Below the pieces are notes generated by a model. The model had not been told where the DNA came from, ran no database searches, and worked only from the letters and a program-made list of their open reading frames with translations. From positions 39,983 through 103,982 of IMG/VR virus record IMGVR_UViG_3300035034_000989: a DNA stretch of 64,000 nucleotides; one strand, given 5' to 3'. This document shows, in pieces, positions 10,069-19,757 of this stretch. A program made the position numbers and the translations under genes. Numbering within the stretch: the stretch's first letter is position 1; every line of letters starts with the position of its first letter. Origin of the DNA: a virus.

Positions 10069-10347
10069 ATGGCAGAAGAAAGCGTATACAACCGTAAAGG
10101 TTTCACAGGCGAAGATATCATTCGTCTCAAGCAATTGATAAGCGAAGGTTGCCAAGTCAATCAAGAAATTGATGATTTGAAAGAAGGCCTACGCGATACA
10201 ATCAAAGCAATTGCCGAAGAAATTGAAGTAAAGCCGAGTCAGCTTGCCAAAGCGATTCGTATCGCCCACAAAGAGTCAATGCAAGACGAACGTGATGCAC
10301 TTGACGAAATTGAAGACATCCTAGACGCAGCCGGCAAAAAAGGCTAG
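10069..10347 (+). CDS. small helical dsDNA-binding protein (T4 DsbA-like)
   Basis: LKEGLRDTIKAIAEEIEVKPSQLAKAIRIAHK pattern; sits upstream of the polymerase. Confidence 0.65.
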   Translation: MAEESVYNRKGFTGEDIIRLKQLISEGCQVNQEIDDLKEGLRDTIKAIAEEIEVKPSQLAKAIRIAHKESMQDERDALDEIEDILDAAGKKG

Positions 10348-10464
10348 CATCAGAACTTAGTGGGTAGTTTCGTACTGCCCGCTAAATAAAGCACACCCGA
10401 GAGTACACTTAGACATTCCGTCGACAGATACCTACCCTCGAATTTTAACATATCAGGACGATAA

Positions 10465-13386
10465 ATGTACGTTGATGCTCTACACATAAGAAAAGACGAA
10501 ATTGTTCGTATCGTCGAAAGAGTTAACGGAGAGCGCGTTATCAAGGAGTTCAAGCCAGACTGGCATTTCTTCATTGATGATCCACGCGGTACCCATCGAA
10601 CAATTTATGGCAAACCCTGCAAGAAGATTGATCCTTCGAACATGACTGAGCGTGCAAAAATGCTCAATCAGTTTCATGGCAAGAAGTATGAGTCAGACAT
10701 GAACGTTGTAATGCGATGCCTAGAACAAGAATACCCAGACTGCCCCAATCCAGACATGCATGTTGCGTTTTTCGATATCGAAGTCGACTTCGATCCAGTT
10801 AATGGTTATTCAGAACCTGCCGATGCACTTACACCTGTTACATCTATATCTATCTACTTACAGTGGTTAGGGCAGATGATATGTTTGGCTGTGCCTCCGA
10901 AAGGTGTTAAGCGTGCCGAAGCTGACAAGATTGCAGAGGAAGTAGGCGACACAATCATCTTTGATACCGAGAAAGAAATGCTCAAAGCATTCCTGGACGT
11001 AATTGAAGATGCAGATGTATTAAGCGGATGGAATTCAGAAGCATACGATATTCCGTATACTGTGAATCGAATTATCAAGAAGCTTGGCAAAACAGAAACA
11101 CGTAAAATGTGCCTGTGGAATGAATTGCCTAAGTTGCGCAAGTTTGAACGTGGCTCCAAAGAGCAACCAACATACGACTTGATAGGGCGAGTGCATTTGG
11201 ATTACATGCAATTGTACAAAAAGTATAACTATGAAGAACGACACAGTTATGCACTGAACGCAATTGCAGAAGCTGAGCTAGGTGAAAAGAAAGTTGATTA
11301 CAGCGGAACACTGGATCACCTTTATAACCACGACTTTAAAAAGTTCTTGGAATACAACATACAGGATACAATGCTATTGCACAGACTAGATGTCAAGTTG
11401 CAGTACATAGACTTGTGTAGTTCTATTGCACATGCCAACGGCGTATTGATTCCGACAACAATGGGCACAGTTGCAATGATTGACCAAGCGGCAACCATTG
11501 AAGCTCATCAACGTGGCTTTGTTGTTCCTAACAAACAAAGGCATGACGGCGAAGTGAGAGCGGCAGGTGGCTGGGTAGCAACTCCAAAGAAGGGTGCTCA
11601 GAAATGGGTAGGCTCTGCGGATTTAAACTCCTTGTACCCGGCTGTTATACGTGCGCTGAACATGAGTCCAGAGACCATCATAGGTCAACTGGACTTGTCA
11701 GGAACAACTCGAGCAATACACGAGTTTGAGTCAGCACGCAAAGCAAACACATTTGCAATGTGGTGGAACGATAGATTCAATCCACTTGAAATGGATTACT
11801 ATCACGAAAACGATAACTCACAAAAGCTCAAGCTAAGATTTGAAAATGGTGACGAGTATCATATCACAGGCGCCGAACTGCGAAAGATCATATTCGAAGG
11901 TGGCAATCCTTGGTCCATATCGGCCAACGGCACTATCTTTAAAAATGATACGCAAGGAATCATACCCGGCTTGTTAGCACGCTGGTACAGCGAACGTAAG
12001 TTTCTTAAAAGTTTTGGTGCCGCATACAACATGGTAAAGCTAAACGAAAAAGATGCAGGCTTCAATGTGCCGGCTTCGTTGTTTACCAATGCTGACATAG
12101 ACGACAGTGTTATCAAAGCTGATCCGTTTAACACTGCTGAAGCATTGCAGATCAAGGTATTCAAAAAGTTGATCGAAGAAGCGGATCGTGATAGCATTGT
12201 TGCATACATGAACAGGCAAAATCTCGAAGTTGATGAAAACGGCAAAGTACATTTGCGCGATCAGAAACTGGTGCATGCATTGTTAGCGTTCTGGGACAAG
12301 AGACAGTTGGTTAAAAAGATTAACTTGAACTCGGCGTATGGCGCACTGTTAAACGCAGGCTCAAGATTCTTTGACCAACGCATAGGACAGAGCACAACAC
12401 TAACAGGGCGTAACATCACAAAACACATGGCAGCCAAGACCAATGAAATGCTCACAGGCGTTTACGATCATTACGGCGAGTGTGCATTGTATGGTGATAC
12501 TGACAGCACGTACTACAGCGCATATCCTGCACTCAAGGATGATATCGACAGTGGAAAGATTCCGTGGAACAAAGACATTGCAATTGAAGTGTATGACACA
12601 ATCTCTGAACAGGTTAGTGATACATTCCCGCAATTCTTGTTAGACACCTTTAATATACCGTTTGAGAAATCAGTTGGTGTTATTGTGTCGTCACGTGAGA
12701 TAGTCGCAGAATCGGCCTTATTTATTAAGAAAAAACGCTATGCGGCACTGGTTTATGATGATGAAGGTCAGCGTAAAGACATTGGCGGTAGCATCGGCAA
12801 AGTGAAAGCAATGGGCCTTGACTTAAGACGTTCTGATACTCCACAGTTTGTACAGAAGTTCTTGTTAACAGTGTTAACAGACACACTGCTTTACAAAGGC
12901 GAAGAGCATGTTATATCTTACATCAAAGATTTTAAAGACAAGTTCGATGCCATGAAGCCGTGGGAAAAAGGTACACCCAAAGCAGTCAACGGTCTCACCA
13001 AGTACAAGGATCGTAGAGATGCGGCATTGCTTGCCAAGATGCAAGGGCAGAAAGTACAACTAACAATACCAGGTCATGTACAAGCAAGCATGAACTGGAA
13101 CCTGCTTAGAAGAATAAACAATGATCATCACACAGGACCAATAGGTGACGGACAGAAGATCATCGTTTGTAGATTAAGAGAAACAGCCGATAACGTCATG
13201 AAGTCAGTTGCTTACCCGATTGATGAATCACACTTGCCGGATTGGTTCTTGGAACTTCCGTTCGATGAAGAAGCAATGCGCGAAGCTATTGTGGATCAGA
13301 AGATCAGAAACTTATTAAGTGTGATGCCATGGGACTTAACAAAAGCTTCCAAACAGGCAGTACACTTCGATTCACTATTTGGATAA
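10465..13386 (+). CDS. family B DNA polymerase (gp43-like)
   Basis: ExoI FDIEVD, ExoII WNSEAYD, ExoIII YNIQD, DLNSLYP, KINLNSAYG, YGDTDS, KKRY. Confidence 0.98.
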   Translation: MYVDALHIRKDEIVRIVERVNGERVIKEFKPDWHFFIDDPRGTHRTIYGKPCKKIDPSNMTERAKMLNQFHGKKYESDMNVVMRCLEQEYPDCPNPDMHVAFFDIEVDFDPVNGYSEPADALTPVTSISIYLQWLGQMICLAVPPKGVKRAEADKIAEEVGDTIIFDTEKEMLKAFLDVIEDADVLSGWNSEAYDIPYTVNRIIKKLGKTETRKMCLWNELPKLRKFERGSKEQPTYDLIGRVHLDYMQLYKKYNYEERHSYALNAIAEAELGEKKVDYSGTLDHLYNHDFKKFLEYNIQDTMLLHRLDVKLQYIDLCSSIAHANGVLIPTTMGTVAMIDQAATIEAHQRGFVVPNKQRHDGEVRAAGGWVATPKKGAQKWVGSADLNSLYPAVIRALNMSPETIIGQLDLSGTTRAIHEFESARKANTFAMWWNDRFNPLEMDYYHENDNSQKLKLRFENGDEYHITGAELRKIIFEGGNPWSISANGTIFKNDTQGIIPGLLARWYSERKFLKSFGAAYNMVKLNEKDAGFNVPASLFTNADIDDSVIKADPFNTAEALQIKVFKKLIEEADRDSIVAYMNRQNLEVDENGKVHLRDQKLVHALLAFWDKRQLVKKINLNSAYGALLNAGSRFFDQRIGQSTTLTGRNITKHMAAKTNEMLTGVYDHYGECALYGDTDSTYYSAYPALKDDIDSGKIPWNKDIAIEVYDTISEQVSDTFPQFLLDTFNIPFEKSVGVIVSSREIVAESALFIKKKRYAALVYDDEGQRKDIGGSIGKVKAMGLDLRRSDTPQFVQKFLLTVLTDTLLYKGEEHVISYIKDFKDKFDAMKPWEKGTPKAVNGLTKYKDRRDAALLAKMQGQKVQLTIPGHVQASMNWNLLRRINNDHHTGPIGDGQKIIVCRLRETADNVMKSVAYPIDESHLPDWFLELPFDEEAMREAIVDQKIRNLLSVMPWDLTKASKQAVHFDSLFG

Positions 13387-13413
13387 TGAATCATCGGTTG
13401 TTAAATTTAGCAC

Positions 13414-13442
13414 TTGACAACCGAACACAAACTTGCTATAAT
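13414..13442 (+). promoter_or_regulatory. sigma70-like promoter for the clamp-dpdA operon
   Basis: TTGACA-N17-TATAAT. Confidence 0.88.
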
Positions 13443-13470
13443 ACGCGAAATCGTAAAAAGGAATTAACGA

Positions 13471-14217
13471 ATGGTTTTTAACATCCTATCAGACATAGTA
13501 AAACACACACATGGCTTGGGCTTTATCGAAGCAGTAAAAGTCACTGGCTCACCAGACTCAATTAAAATTGAAGCAATGGAAGAGAACCGTACAGTTGTTG
13601 TACAGGGCACCATCAATACATCAATTGATAACTTGCAGGGAACTGTTGGCTTATCAAGAATGGGCGTGCTTGCGGGCTACTTGAACTTCGATCGATTTAA
13701 TTCGAAAGACGCATCGGTAGTAATTGAAACACGCGATCGCAACGGCACTGAAACTCCATGTGAAGTAACATTTGACTCGGGCTCAGGCCACAGCGGTCAG
13801 TATCGCTTTATGGCGGCAGAAGTTGCAGAAGAGCAAATCCAGGTACCACCTTTCAAGGGCGCTGAGTGGATGGTCACTGTTGATCCAAGCACAACTGCAA
13901 TCAAAGATTTATCTACCATGGACAGCATCCTGGGTAGTTATGAAGATTCGTTTGTTGCACGCACAGTTAACGGCAACTTGGAGTTCCACATTGGCGCAGG
14001 CTCAACAGACCGTTCTAAGATTACATTTGCAAAGAATGTAAAAGGCACATTAAAGCATGCATGGCGTTTTCCAATTGGGCACTTTCTTGCAATCATGAAG
14101 TTGCACAGAACGTCTGAGACAACACACATCAGCTTCAGTGATATGGGCGCACTTAAAATTGAAGTGAACTCAGGCCTCGGTACGTACACTTACATCATCC
14201 CTGCGAGAGCTAGCTAG
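13471..14217 (+). CDS. DNA polymerase sliding clamp (gp45/PCNA-like)
   Basis: 248 aa alpha/beta protein after the polymerase; C-terminal YTYIIPA. Confidence 0.75.
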   Translation: MVFNILSDIVKHTHGLGFIEAVKVTGSPDSIKIEAMEENRTVVVQGTINTSIDNLQGTVGLSRMGVLAGYLNFDRFNSKDASVVIETRDRNGTETPCEVTFDSGSGHSGQYRFMAAEVAEEQIQVPPFKGAEWMVTVDPSTTAIKDLSTMDSILGSYEDSFVARTVNGNLEFHIGAGSTDRSKITFAKNVKGTLKHAWRFPIGHFLAIMKLHRTSETTHISFSDMGALKIEVNSGLGTYTYIIPARAS

Positions 14218-14247
14218 GCACCTGCCTAGCTTTACCAAGAGGTAATA

Positions 14248-15816
14248 ATGACAGAAAAATTCGATCCATTTAATTTAACTGATTCGCAAGAAGACCATTG
14301 GGCTGTGCATTTGCCAGCATTTAGTGGCTTCTACATTCAGCAAATGGCAAAACTAGACGACAACCCGGATCACTACGGTCCGGATCGGTTCGGACCCACA
14401 TTCGACAAAGGCCACCGTGGCCTAGATTTTTATAACGGCGGTGGATACTTTACTTATAAGTGGGGCTTGTATTCAGCAGGACACGCCAAGTTAGATATTG
14501 AAAAGTCTAAAGAAAGCGAACGCTTTGTGCAAAGTCGCAAGCGAGATGGTTCTACATTCCTTCTTGGTGACAGTGGCGGATTCCAGATTGCCAAGGGCGC
14601 TGGCCACTTCAAGAACGTTGATTGGAGTGATTTTGAAGGCGCTGGTGGCGACAAAATACGCGAAAAGGTATTGCGTTGGCTTGAAGAAACTTCTGACTTC
14701 TCTATGACACTGGACATTCCAGCGTTTGCGGCAGAGCCACCATTGAGTCTCAAAACTGGCTTGACATCATTTGGCGACACACTTGATTTAAGCTTGCTTA
14801 ACTTGTACTACTTTGTTAAGAATCGTGTGCCAGGCAAAACAAAGTTCTTGAATGTGTTGTCGGGTACCAACTTTGAAAACTCTAGTCGTTGGTACGAAGG
14901 TGTTAAAGCATTTAGTGACCCGATCGAAGTTGAGAAGATGGACTTTGAACGTGAGCGCACATTAGAAGGCTACGCCTTTGCTGGTATTAACATGAAGCAC
15001 ATGCCCAGTGTACTTGCACGCATGGCAGACTTGTTACGAGACGACCTGATCAAAGACAAAGAGTGGATACACTTCTTGGGCATTGGTCGACTAGACTGGG
15101 CTTGTTACTTGACATCAATACAACGTCAACTTAGGAACTACGAACCTAAGATAACAGTAAGCTTCGATTGCGCCAGCGCATTCCTGGCAGTGGCAAAAGG
15201 GCAGATGTATTCGAACCCTAGTTATACGCCTAAGCGATTTGGCTACAACATGAACAGTGCAATTGATGATCGCAATCTTAAAGAAAGCACATTGCAGATG
15301 CCGTTCCCAGGACCTATTGCAAGTCGCATGAACTTGGGTCATATGTGTCGCTTAGGCCCAGGTGAGCACAACAAGCAAGGCAAGCTTAACAACACAAGCT
15401 GGGACACTGCATCGTATTTGTTAGGTATGGCCAGCAACGTTTACATACACGTTAACGCTGTACAAGAAGCAAATCGCATGGCTGACATGGAGTACACCAA
15501 GTTTAACTTGAGTTACAAAGATTGGTCAAAGCAGAAGCGTGGTTCGCAAGTTAACGAAGTTAGTGACTTTGTTCCTGCAAACATATTGTTCTTTAACTCG
15601 TTTGTTGAGTCTTTCTTTGACAACAGCATGTCGCATGAAGACCGCATGAGCATGATTGAAGACAATCGACAGTTTCTTGAAGCCATCAGCTTTGGTGGAC
15701 AGAAAGGCAACGTGTTTGGCAATCTGTTTGATATGTCAGACATAACAACAACAGAAACCGAAGCAGTTGATGCAATTGCTTCATACGCCGATGTTGATGA
15801 CCTAGACGAGGATTAA
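14248..15816 (+). CDS. dpdA: DpdA-like DNA 7-deazaguanine transglycosylase (TGT fold)
   Basis: LGDSGGFQ, MTLDIP, HFLGIG, SFDCAS TGT motifs; clustered with queE. Confidence 0.85.
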   Translation: MTEKFDPFNLTDSQEDHWAVHLPAFSGFYIQQMAKLDDNPDHYGPDRFGPTFDKGHRGLDFYNGGGYFTYKWGLYSAGHAKLDIEKSKESERFVQSRKRDGSTFLLGDSGGFQIAKGAGHFKNVDWSDFEGAGGDKIREKVLRWLEETSDFSMTLDIPAFAAEPPLSLKTGLTSFGDTLDLSLLNLYYFVKNRVPGKTKFLNVLSGTNFENSSRWYEGVKAFSDPIEVEKMDFERERTLEGYAFAGINMKHMPSVLARMADLLRDDLIKDKEWIHFLGIGRLDWACYLTSIQRQLRNYEPKITVSFDCASAFLAVAKGQMYSNPSYTPKRFGYNMNSAIDDRNLKESTLQMPFPGPIASRMNLGHMCRLGPGEHNKQGKLNNTSWDTASYLLGMASNVYIHVNAVQEANRMADMEYTKFNLSYKDWSKQKRGSQVNEVSDFVPANILFFNSFVESFFDNSMSHEDRMSMIEDNRQFLEAISFGGQKGNVFGNLFDMSDITTTETEAVDAIASYADVDDLDED

Positions 15817-15817
15817 C

Positions 15818-15982
15818 ATGACCGAGCAAGAGGTAATAGACCTGATAACACAAAACCTATCTATAAATATAGATCAGGTAACCGAGTTCGGGCCAGTTGA
15901 AACAGTTGTAGTAAAGCTCGAACTATTTGGCAAAGTTATCTCCGAGCATAATTGTTATTTACCATCACCACACAAGGAATAA
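15818..15982 (+). CDS. small hypothetical protein (54 aa, not in ORF track)
   Basis: MTEQEVIDLITQNLSINIDQ...PSPHKE; GAGGA RBS; fills the gap between dpdA and the GT. Confidence 0.7.
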   Translation: MTEQEVIDLITQNLSINIDQVTEFGPVETVVVKLELFGKVISEHNCYLPSPHKE

Positions 15983-15984
15983 AA

Positions 15985-17178
15985 ATGAGAAAACTTTACT
16001 ACTGCGGCCTTGAACAGCTAGAATCCCGATACACTTTACAACTACAAAATTGGAACGAACGTGTGTTTGATAAACGCGAAATTAGCTATGTCTCTGTTCT
16101 TGGTAAAAACTTAGACGACAAGAAGCAAATCGTCACCGGCAGTGTGCTTGATGCACACGGCCGGACATACTACAGCATGACGCAAATGGCTGAGCTAGTC
16201 AAACTCATGCAACAGGGCGAAATAACAAACCAGGATGTTATTTTCTTTGAAGATATGTTTACACCTGGTATTGAGTCACTTGCGTATATCATGGACCAAG
16301 TTGAAGACTGTTACAAACCTAAAGTGTTTGTTCGTTGCTTGGCACAAACATTTGATCCAGATGACTTTGTTATACGCGAAGGCATGTTTAAATGGATGCG
16401 CAAGTTTGAAGAAATGACTGCGGCGTTTGTGGATGGTATTATTGTTGCTAACGAAGAATTCGTTGCACATTTGCGCATAGCTGGCATTGAATGTCCGATT
16501 TACGTAAGCGGGTTACCGTTCGGCAAGGAAGAAGTTGCAAGTCGCATGCCAACCAATCGCCCGTTAAAAGAACGAACCAAACGTGTCACGTTTGCGGCAC
16601 GCTGGGACGATGAGAAGCAACCACACTTCTTCATGGACTTAATTGAAGAGGTTTACAAGACGCATCCTGAAATTGAGTTTTGTGTATGTACAGGTGGACC
16701 ACGGCTCAAGGGCAACAACGAAGCGGCCATAGTTCGTGCCCGTGAGATGGAGTACAGTAAAAAAGCAAACTTTAAGATTTACCAGAATCTCAAGAAGGAT
16801 GATTACTATCGCATACTGGCTGACACCACTGTATTATTTAATTGTGCATTGCAAGACTGGACATCCAATACAGTAAGCGAAGCTGATACACTCGGTGCAT
16901 TGACATTGTATCCGGCATATCGTAGCTTTCCTGAAGTGTTTGCAAACAACCACAAGCATTTGTATGCACCGTGGAGCATCGATGATGCAATCGAAAAGCT
17001 GTGTGCCATGTTTTGTGATGTCGAATCTGACAATTTAGATAGTTACAGCATCGGCAAGATAAGCGATTGGCAAAACGGAACGATCGATCGCACACTAGAT
17101 ATCATGCTAGGAAATGGTGAACACTGGCGTCGAAACGGCAATGACTATCGCAAACATGTAGCAACACATAAGTTTTAA
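15985..17178 (+). CDS. GT-B (GT4-like) glycosyltransferase
   Basis: FAARWDDEKQPHFF, ALQDWTSNTVSEA, YPAYRSFPE. Confidence 0.85.
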   Translation: MRKLYYCGLEQLESRYTLQLQNWNERVFDKREISYVSVLGKNLDDKKQIVTGSVLDAHGRTYYSMTQMAELVKLMQQGEITNQDVIFFEDMFTPGIESLAYIMDQVEDCYKPKVFVRCLAQTFDPDDFVIREGMFKWMRKFEEMTAAFVDGIIVANEEFVAHLRIAGIECPIYVSGLPFGKEEVASRMPTNRPLKERTKRVTFAARWDDEKQPHFFMDLIEEVYKTHPEIEFCVCTGGPRLKGNNEAAIVRAREMEYSKKANFKIYQNLKKDDYYRILADTTVLFNCALQDWTSNTVSEADTLGALTLYPAYRSFPEVFANNHKHLYAPWSIDDAIEKLCAMFCDVESDNLDSYSIGKISDWQNGTIDRTLDIMLGNGEHWRRNGNDYRKHVATHKF

Positions 17179-17241
17179 TTGACCTTAGGCGTCTGTTGCG
17201 TTACAGTATTAATATAAACACATCAAATCAAAGGAAGAATA

Positions 17242-17802
17242 ATGGATAGAGACGGACATAACGATGCAGTGTTCTTTGTCGGCCCAGAAATAGAGCATAC
17301 CAAAGCATTTAGTATGAAAACTCTGTTTGTGGTAGGCTACAGAAACAAAGAACAAATACTCGACTTTGCATCTGACAACGGGTGCAAGCATGTTTACCTC
17401 GGAGCGAATAAGTCGTTCCAGAAAAACAAAAAGCTCATTGGTGTTGCAGAATTTTTAATAAGCAATCGCATAATGGTAACACTTGATTACCCACTTGACG
17501 CACACAAATGGATAATCGAAAACTGGCCAGCAAGTGTATTAAACAACAAAGACTTTATTGCAATGATCAGCGTTGAGCTTCCTAAAATTGAAACGTTCAG
17601 CAAAAATGCTTGTGTTAAAATTGATGACACAGGGCTCAGTCAGAACAATACAGGTGTGTGGACACTGCCAATACAAGAACTGTTGGACAGTAATCGCTTT
17701 ACACCATGGTCCGATTATGTACATGACGAAGTGGTGTGGACAGAAGAAGACAATAAAAAGTTCTGGAACGACAAGCGCAATAACGACTATCGGAAAAAGT
17801 AA
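17242..17802 (+). CDS. conserved protein of the phage dpdA cluster
   Basis: FFVGPEIEHT, KTLFVVG, HVYLGANKSF, KIDD, TGVW, FTPWSDY. Confidence 0.75.
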   Translation: MDRDGHNDAVFFVGPEIEHTKAFSMKTLFVVGYRNKEQILDFASDNGCKHVYLGANKSFQKNKKLIGVAEFLISNRIMVTLDYPLDAHKWIIENWPASVLNNKDFIAMISVELPKIETFSKNACVKIDDTGLSQNNTGVWTLPIQELLDSNRFTPWSDYVHDEVVWTEEDNKKFWNDKRNNDYRKK

Positions 17803-18327
17803 ATGATCATAACCAGGCACTCAAAAGCATTAACTGACATTACCGCCACGCTTCGCAACATAAACAACATGCTAACTTTAGCATCCTGGAGCAAGCATTT
17901 CGCGTGGAAAAAGAAGCTAATACAAGTGCCTGGAGTCGATAGTCAGTTTACTGAGAATTTTGTGTGGCTTGACTTTTACTACGAAAGAACCAGAATCGGG
18001 ATTAAAGATGTAACGGCGTCGGGCTTGAGATTTACCATGGGCGACGTTGTTAGAGTCAAGAACATGGACACTGTGTCGTATTATTCAATGCAAGGTATGC
18101 CAGAGAATGTTGACAATCGCAAAGATAAGAGACTTGACCGTTGCATCGACCTAATGCTCAGAACCACCGATCCTGTCCTGGCCTGTAATCAATACAATGA
18201 CGCATTAAGAACTCACTATCGACTATATCGCAACCTATATGAGCGAATCGAAGGCATCGACGAGTTAACAAAGGGTATATTGACTGCCGATGAATACGAT
18301 GCAAAAGTAAAGACAGGTGATTACTAA
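17803..18327 (+). CDS. hypothetical protein (W-x-x-x-F-x-W family)
   Basis: WSKHFAW and FVWL motifs shared with neighbours. Confidence 0.65.
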   Translation: MIITRHSKALTDITATLRNINNMLTLASWSKHFAWKKKLIQVPGVDSQFTENFVWLDFYYERTRIGIKDVTASGLRFTMGDVVRVKNMDTVSYYSMQGMPENVDNRKDKRLDRCIDLMLRTTDPVLACNQYNDALRTHYRLYRNLYERIEGIDELTKGILTADEYDAKVKTGDY

Positions 18328-18692
18328 TGATGTGGACATCAAAAAGCACCGAACGTAAACGGTACGATGATATCCAGTTCAGAGGAAATTGGCACAGGAA
18401 ATTCTTGTGGTTTCCCACTGTAATAAAAGAAGACGAAGGCATACAAACCGTGCTTTGGCTCACAACCGTGATGCGTAAAACGAGAGTTGACGAGCGTGAA
18501 GCGGACAACAGTTTTAAAGCTGGTGTAGAAACCTACACAACCAAAGAACAGTTATCGTTAGACATACTAGCAGGAAAGGATGAACAACTCATTCATTTTG
18601 GTACCTACGGTGCAGAAGCGAATTATCGCAGACTACTCGACAACTTAGGCATCGATATACCCGATAAAAAGAACTGGAGGGTATCGCTATGA
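18327..18692 (+). CDS. hypothetical protein, WHRKFxWxP family
   Basis: NWHRKFLWFPT. Confidence 0.7.
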   Translation: MMWTSKSTERKRYDDIQFRGNWHRKFLWFPTVIKEDEGIQTVLWLTTVMRKTRVDEREADNSFKAGVETYTTKEQLSLDILAGKDEQLIHFGTYGAEANYRRLLDNLGIDIPDKKNWRVSL

Positions 18693-19042
18693 AATGGCAA
18701 TCCAACAGCAAAGATCGCAGACATTACCTCAAAATACAGCACTATGCCAATTGGCATCGCAAGTTCGTTTGGCTACCCACTCAAATAAGCGGCGACTACG
18801 GCATTTGCAAATGGATATGGCTCGTGCATGTTATGCGTAAATATCGACTATCATCAAGTAGATTCCACCTGTTTACTTTTGTTAGGCCAATTTACAGACT
18901 GCCACATGACCACACTGTCGCTGTGCTTGAAGACAGCAAAGGAGTCATCGACCGAATAATGTTTGAAGATTATACATCAAGATCAAGATACAAAGAGTTA
19001 ATAGATAACTTAAATATAAAAGACAAGGTATTCCAAACATGA
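18689..19042 (+). CDS. hypothetical protein, WHRKFxWxP family
   Basis: NWHRKFVWLPT; paralog of the previous ORF. Confidence 0.7.
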   Translation: MKWQSNSKDRRHYLKIQHYANWHRKFVWLPTQISGDYGICKWIWLVHVMRKYRLSSSRFHLFTFVRPIYRLPHDHTVAVLEDSKGVIDRIMFEDYTSRSRYKELIDNLNIKDKVFQT

Positions 19043-19419
19043 TTAAACGTTTCATAGAAGTAAAATTTACAAAAGAGGGCGTTCATTGCTACCCGGCGGC
19101 GGCCACAGATCCTAAATTAAAAACAGGCGACTGGCTCGACGTATCATTTCTAGCTAACCCACATTTTCATTACTTCCACTTTGTTGTGGCCATCGAAGTA
19201 TTCCAAAACGATAGAGACATCGAGTTTATACAGTTCTCTCGTTGGTTACAGCGCATGTATGCAAGCGACACGTTACAGCTAAACTCCAAAAGCTGTGAGA
19301 TGCTTGCAGAGGATCTTATTAACGAAGTTGTTAAAACATACCCTGGCAGAGCAATGGTAGTAGAAGTTTCCGAAGATGGCATTAACGGTGCTCGTCTAGA
19401 ATTTACACCTAATGCCTGA
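19039..19419 (+). CDS. QueD-like T-fold protein (DpdL-like candidate)
   Basis: EGVHCYP, LANPHFHYF, DRDIEFI, SCEMLA, VEVSEDGING. Confidence 0.75.
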   Translation: MIKRFIEVKFTKEGVHCYPAAATDPKLKTGDWLDVSFLANPHFHYFHFVVAIEVFQNDRDIEFIQFSRWLQRMYASDTLQLNSKSCEMLAEDLINEVVKTYPGRAMVVEVSEDGINGARLEFTPNA

Positions 19420-19757
19420 TGTATATTAAAGTGAAAAGTCGTAGTCTCAAGCGGTTACAAAAGATAGAACGCAATTGCCGTTGGCATCGGTTCTTTGTTA
19501 TATGGCCACGCAAAATATCAACTGTGAGCGGGTACAATGAATTTGCTTTCTTGACTTTTGTTTATCGTAAAGCTAAACTGTGTGTAAGTAGACATTACGA
19601 GGACTATTCGCTGTCTATATATTTTAATTTTGTATATGCCAAGACCGAACAAGAAGCATCGATGAGTATATTGTCGGCAGGCGACGAAATCAAGTTCCGT
19701 GATGAAGAAACGCAGAACTATTACGAGCAATTAAAGGAACAAACTAATGAAGACTAA
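19419..19757 (+). CDS. hypothetical protein, WHRxF family
   Basis: RWHRFFVIWP. Confidence 0.65.
   Translation: MYIKVKSRSLKRLQKIERNCRWHRFFVIWPRKISTVSGYNEFAFLTFVYRKAKLCVSRHYEDYSLSIYFNFVYAKTEQEASMSILSAGDEIKFRDEETQNYYEQLKEQTNED

Noticed and set aside
12016-12285. Intein in the DNA polymerase
   Set aside because: No Cys/Ser start, no His-Asn end, no LAGLIDADG blocks
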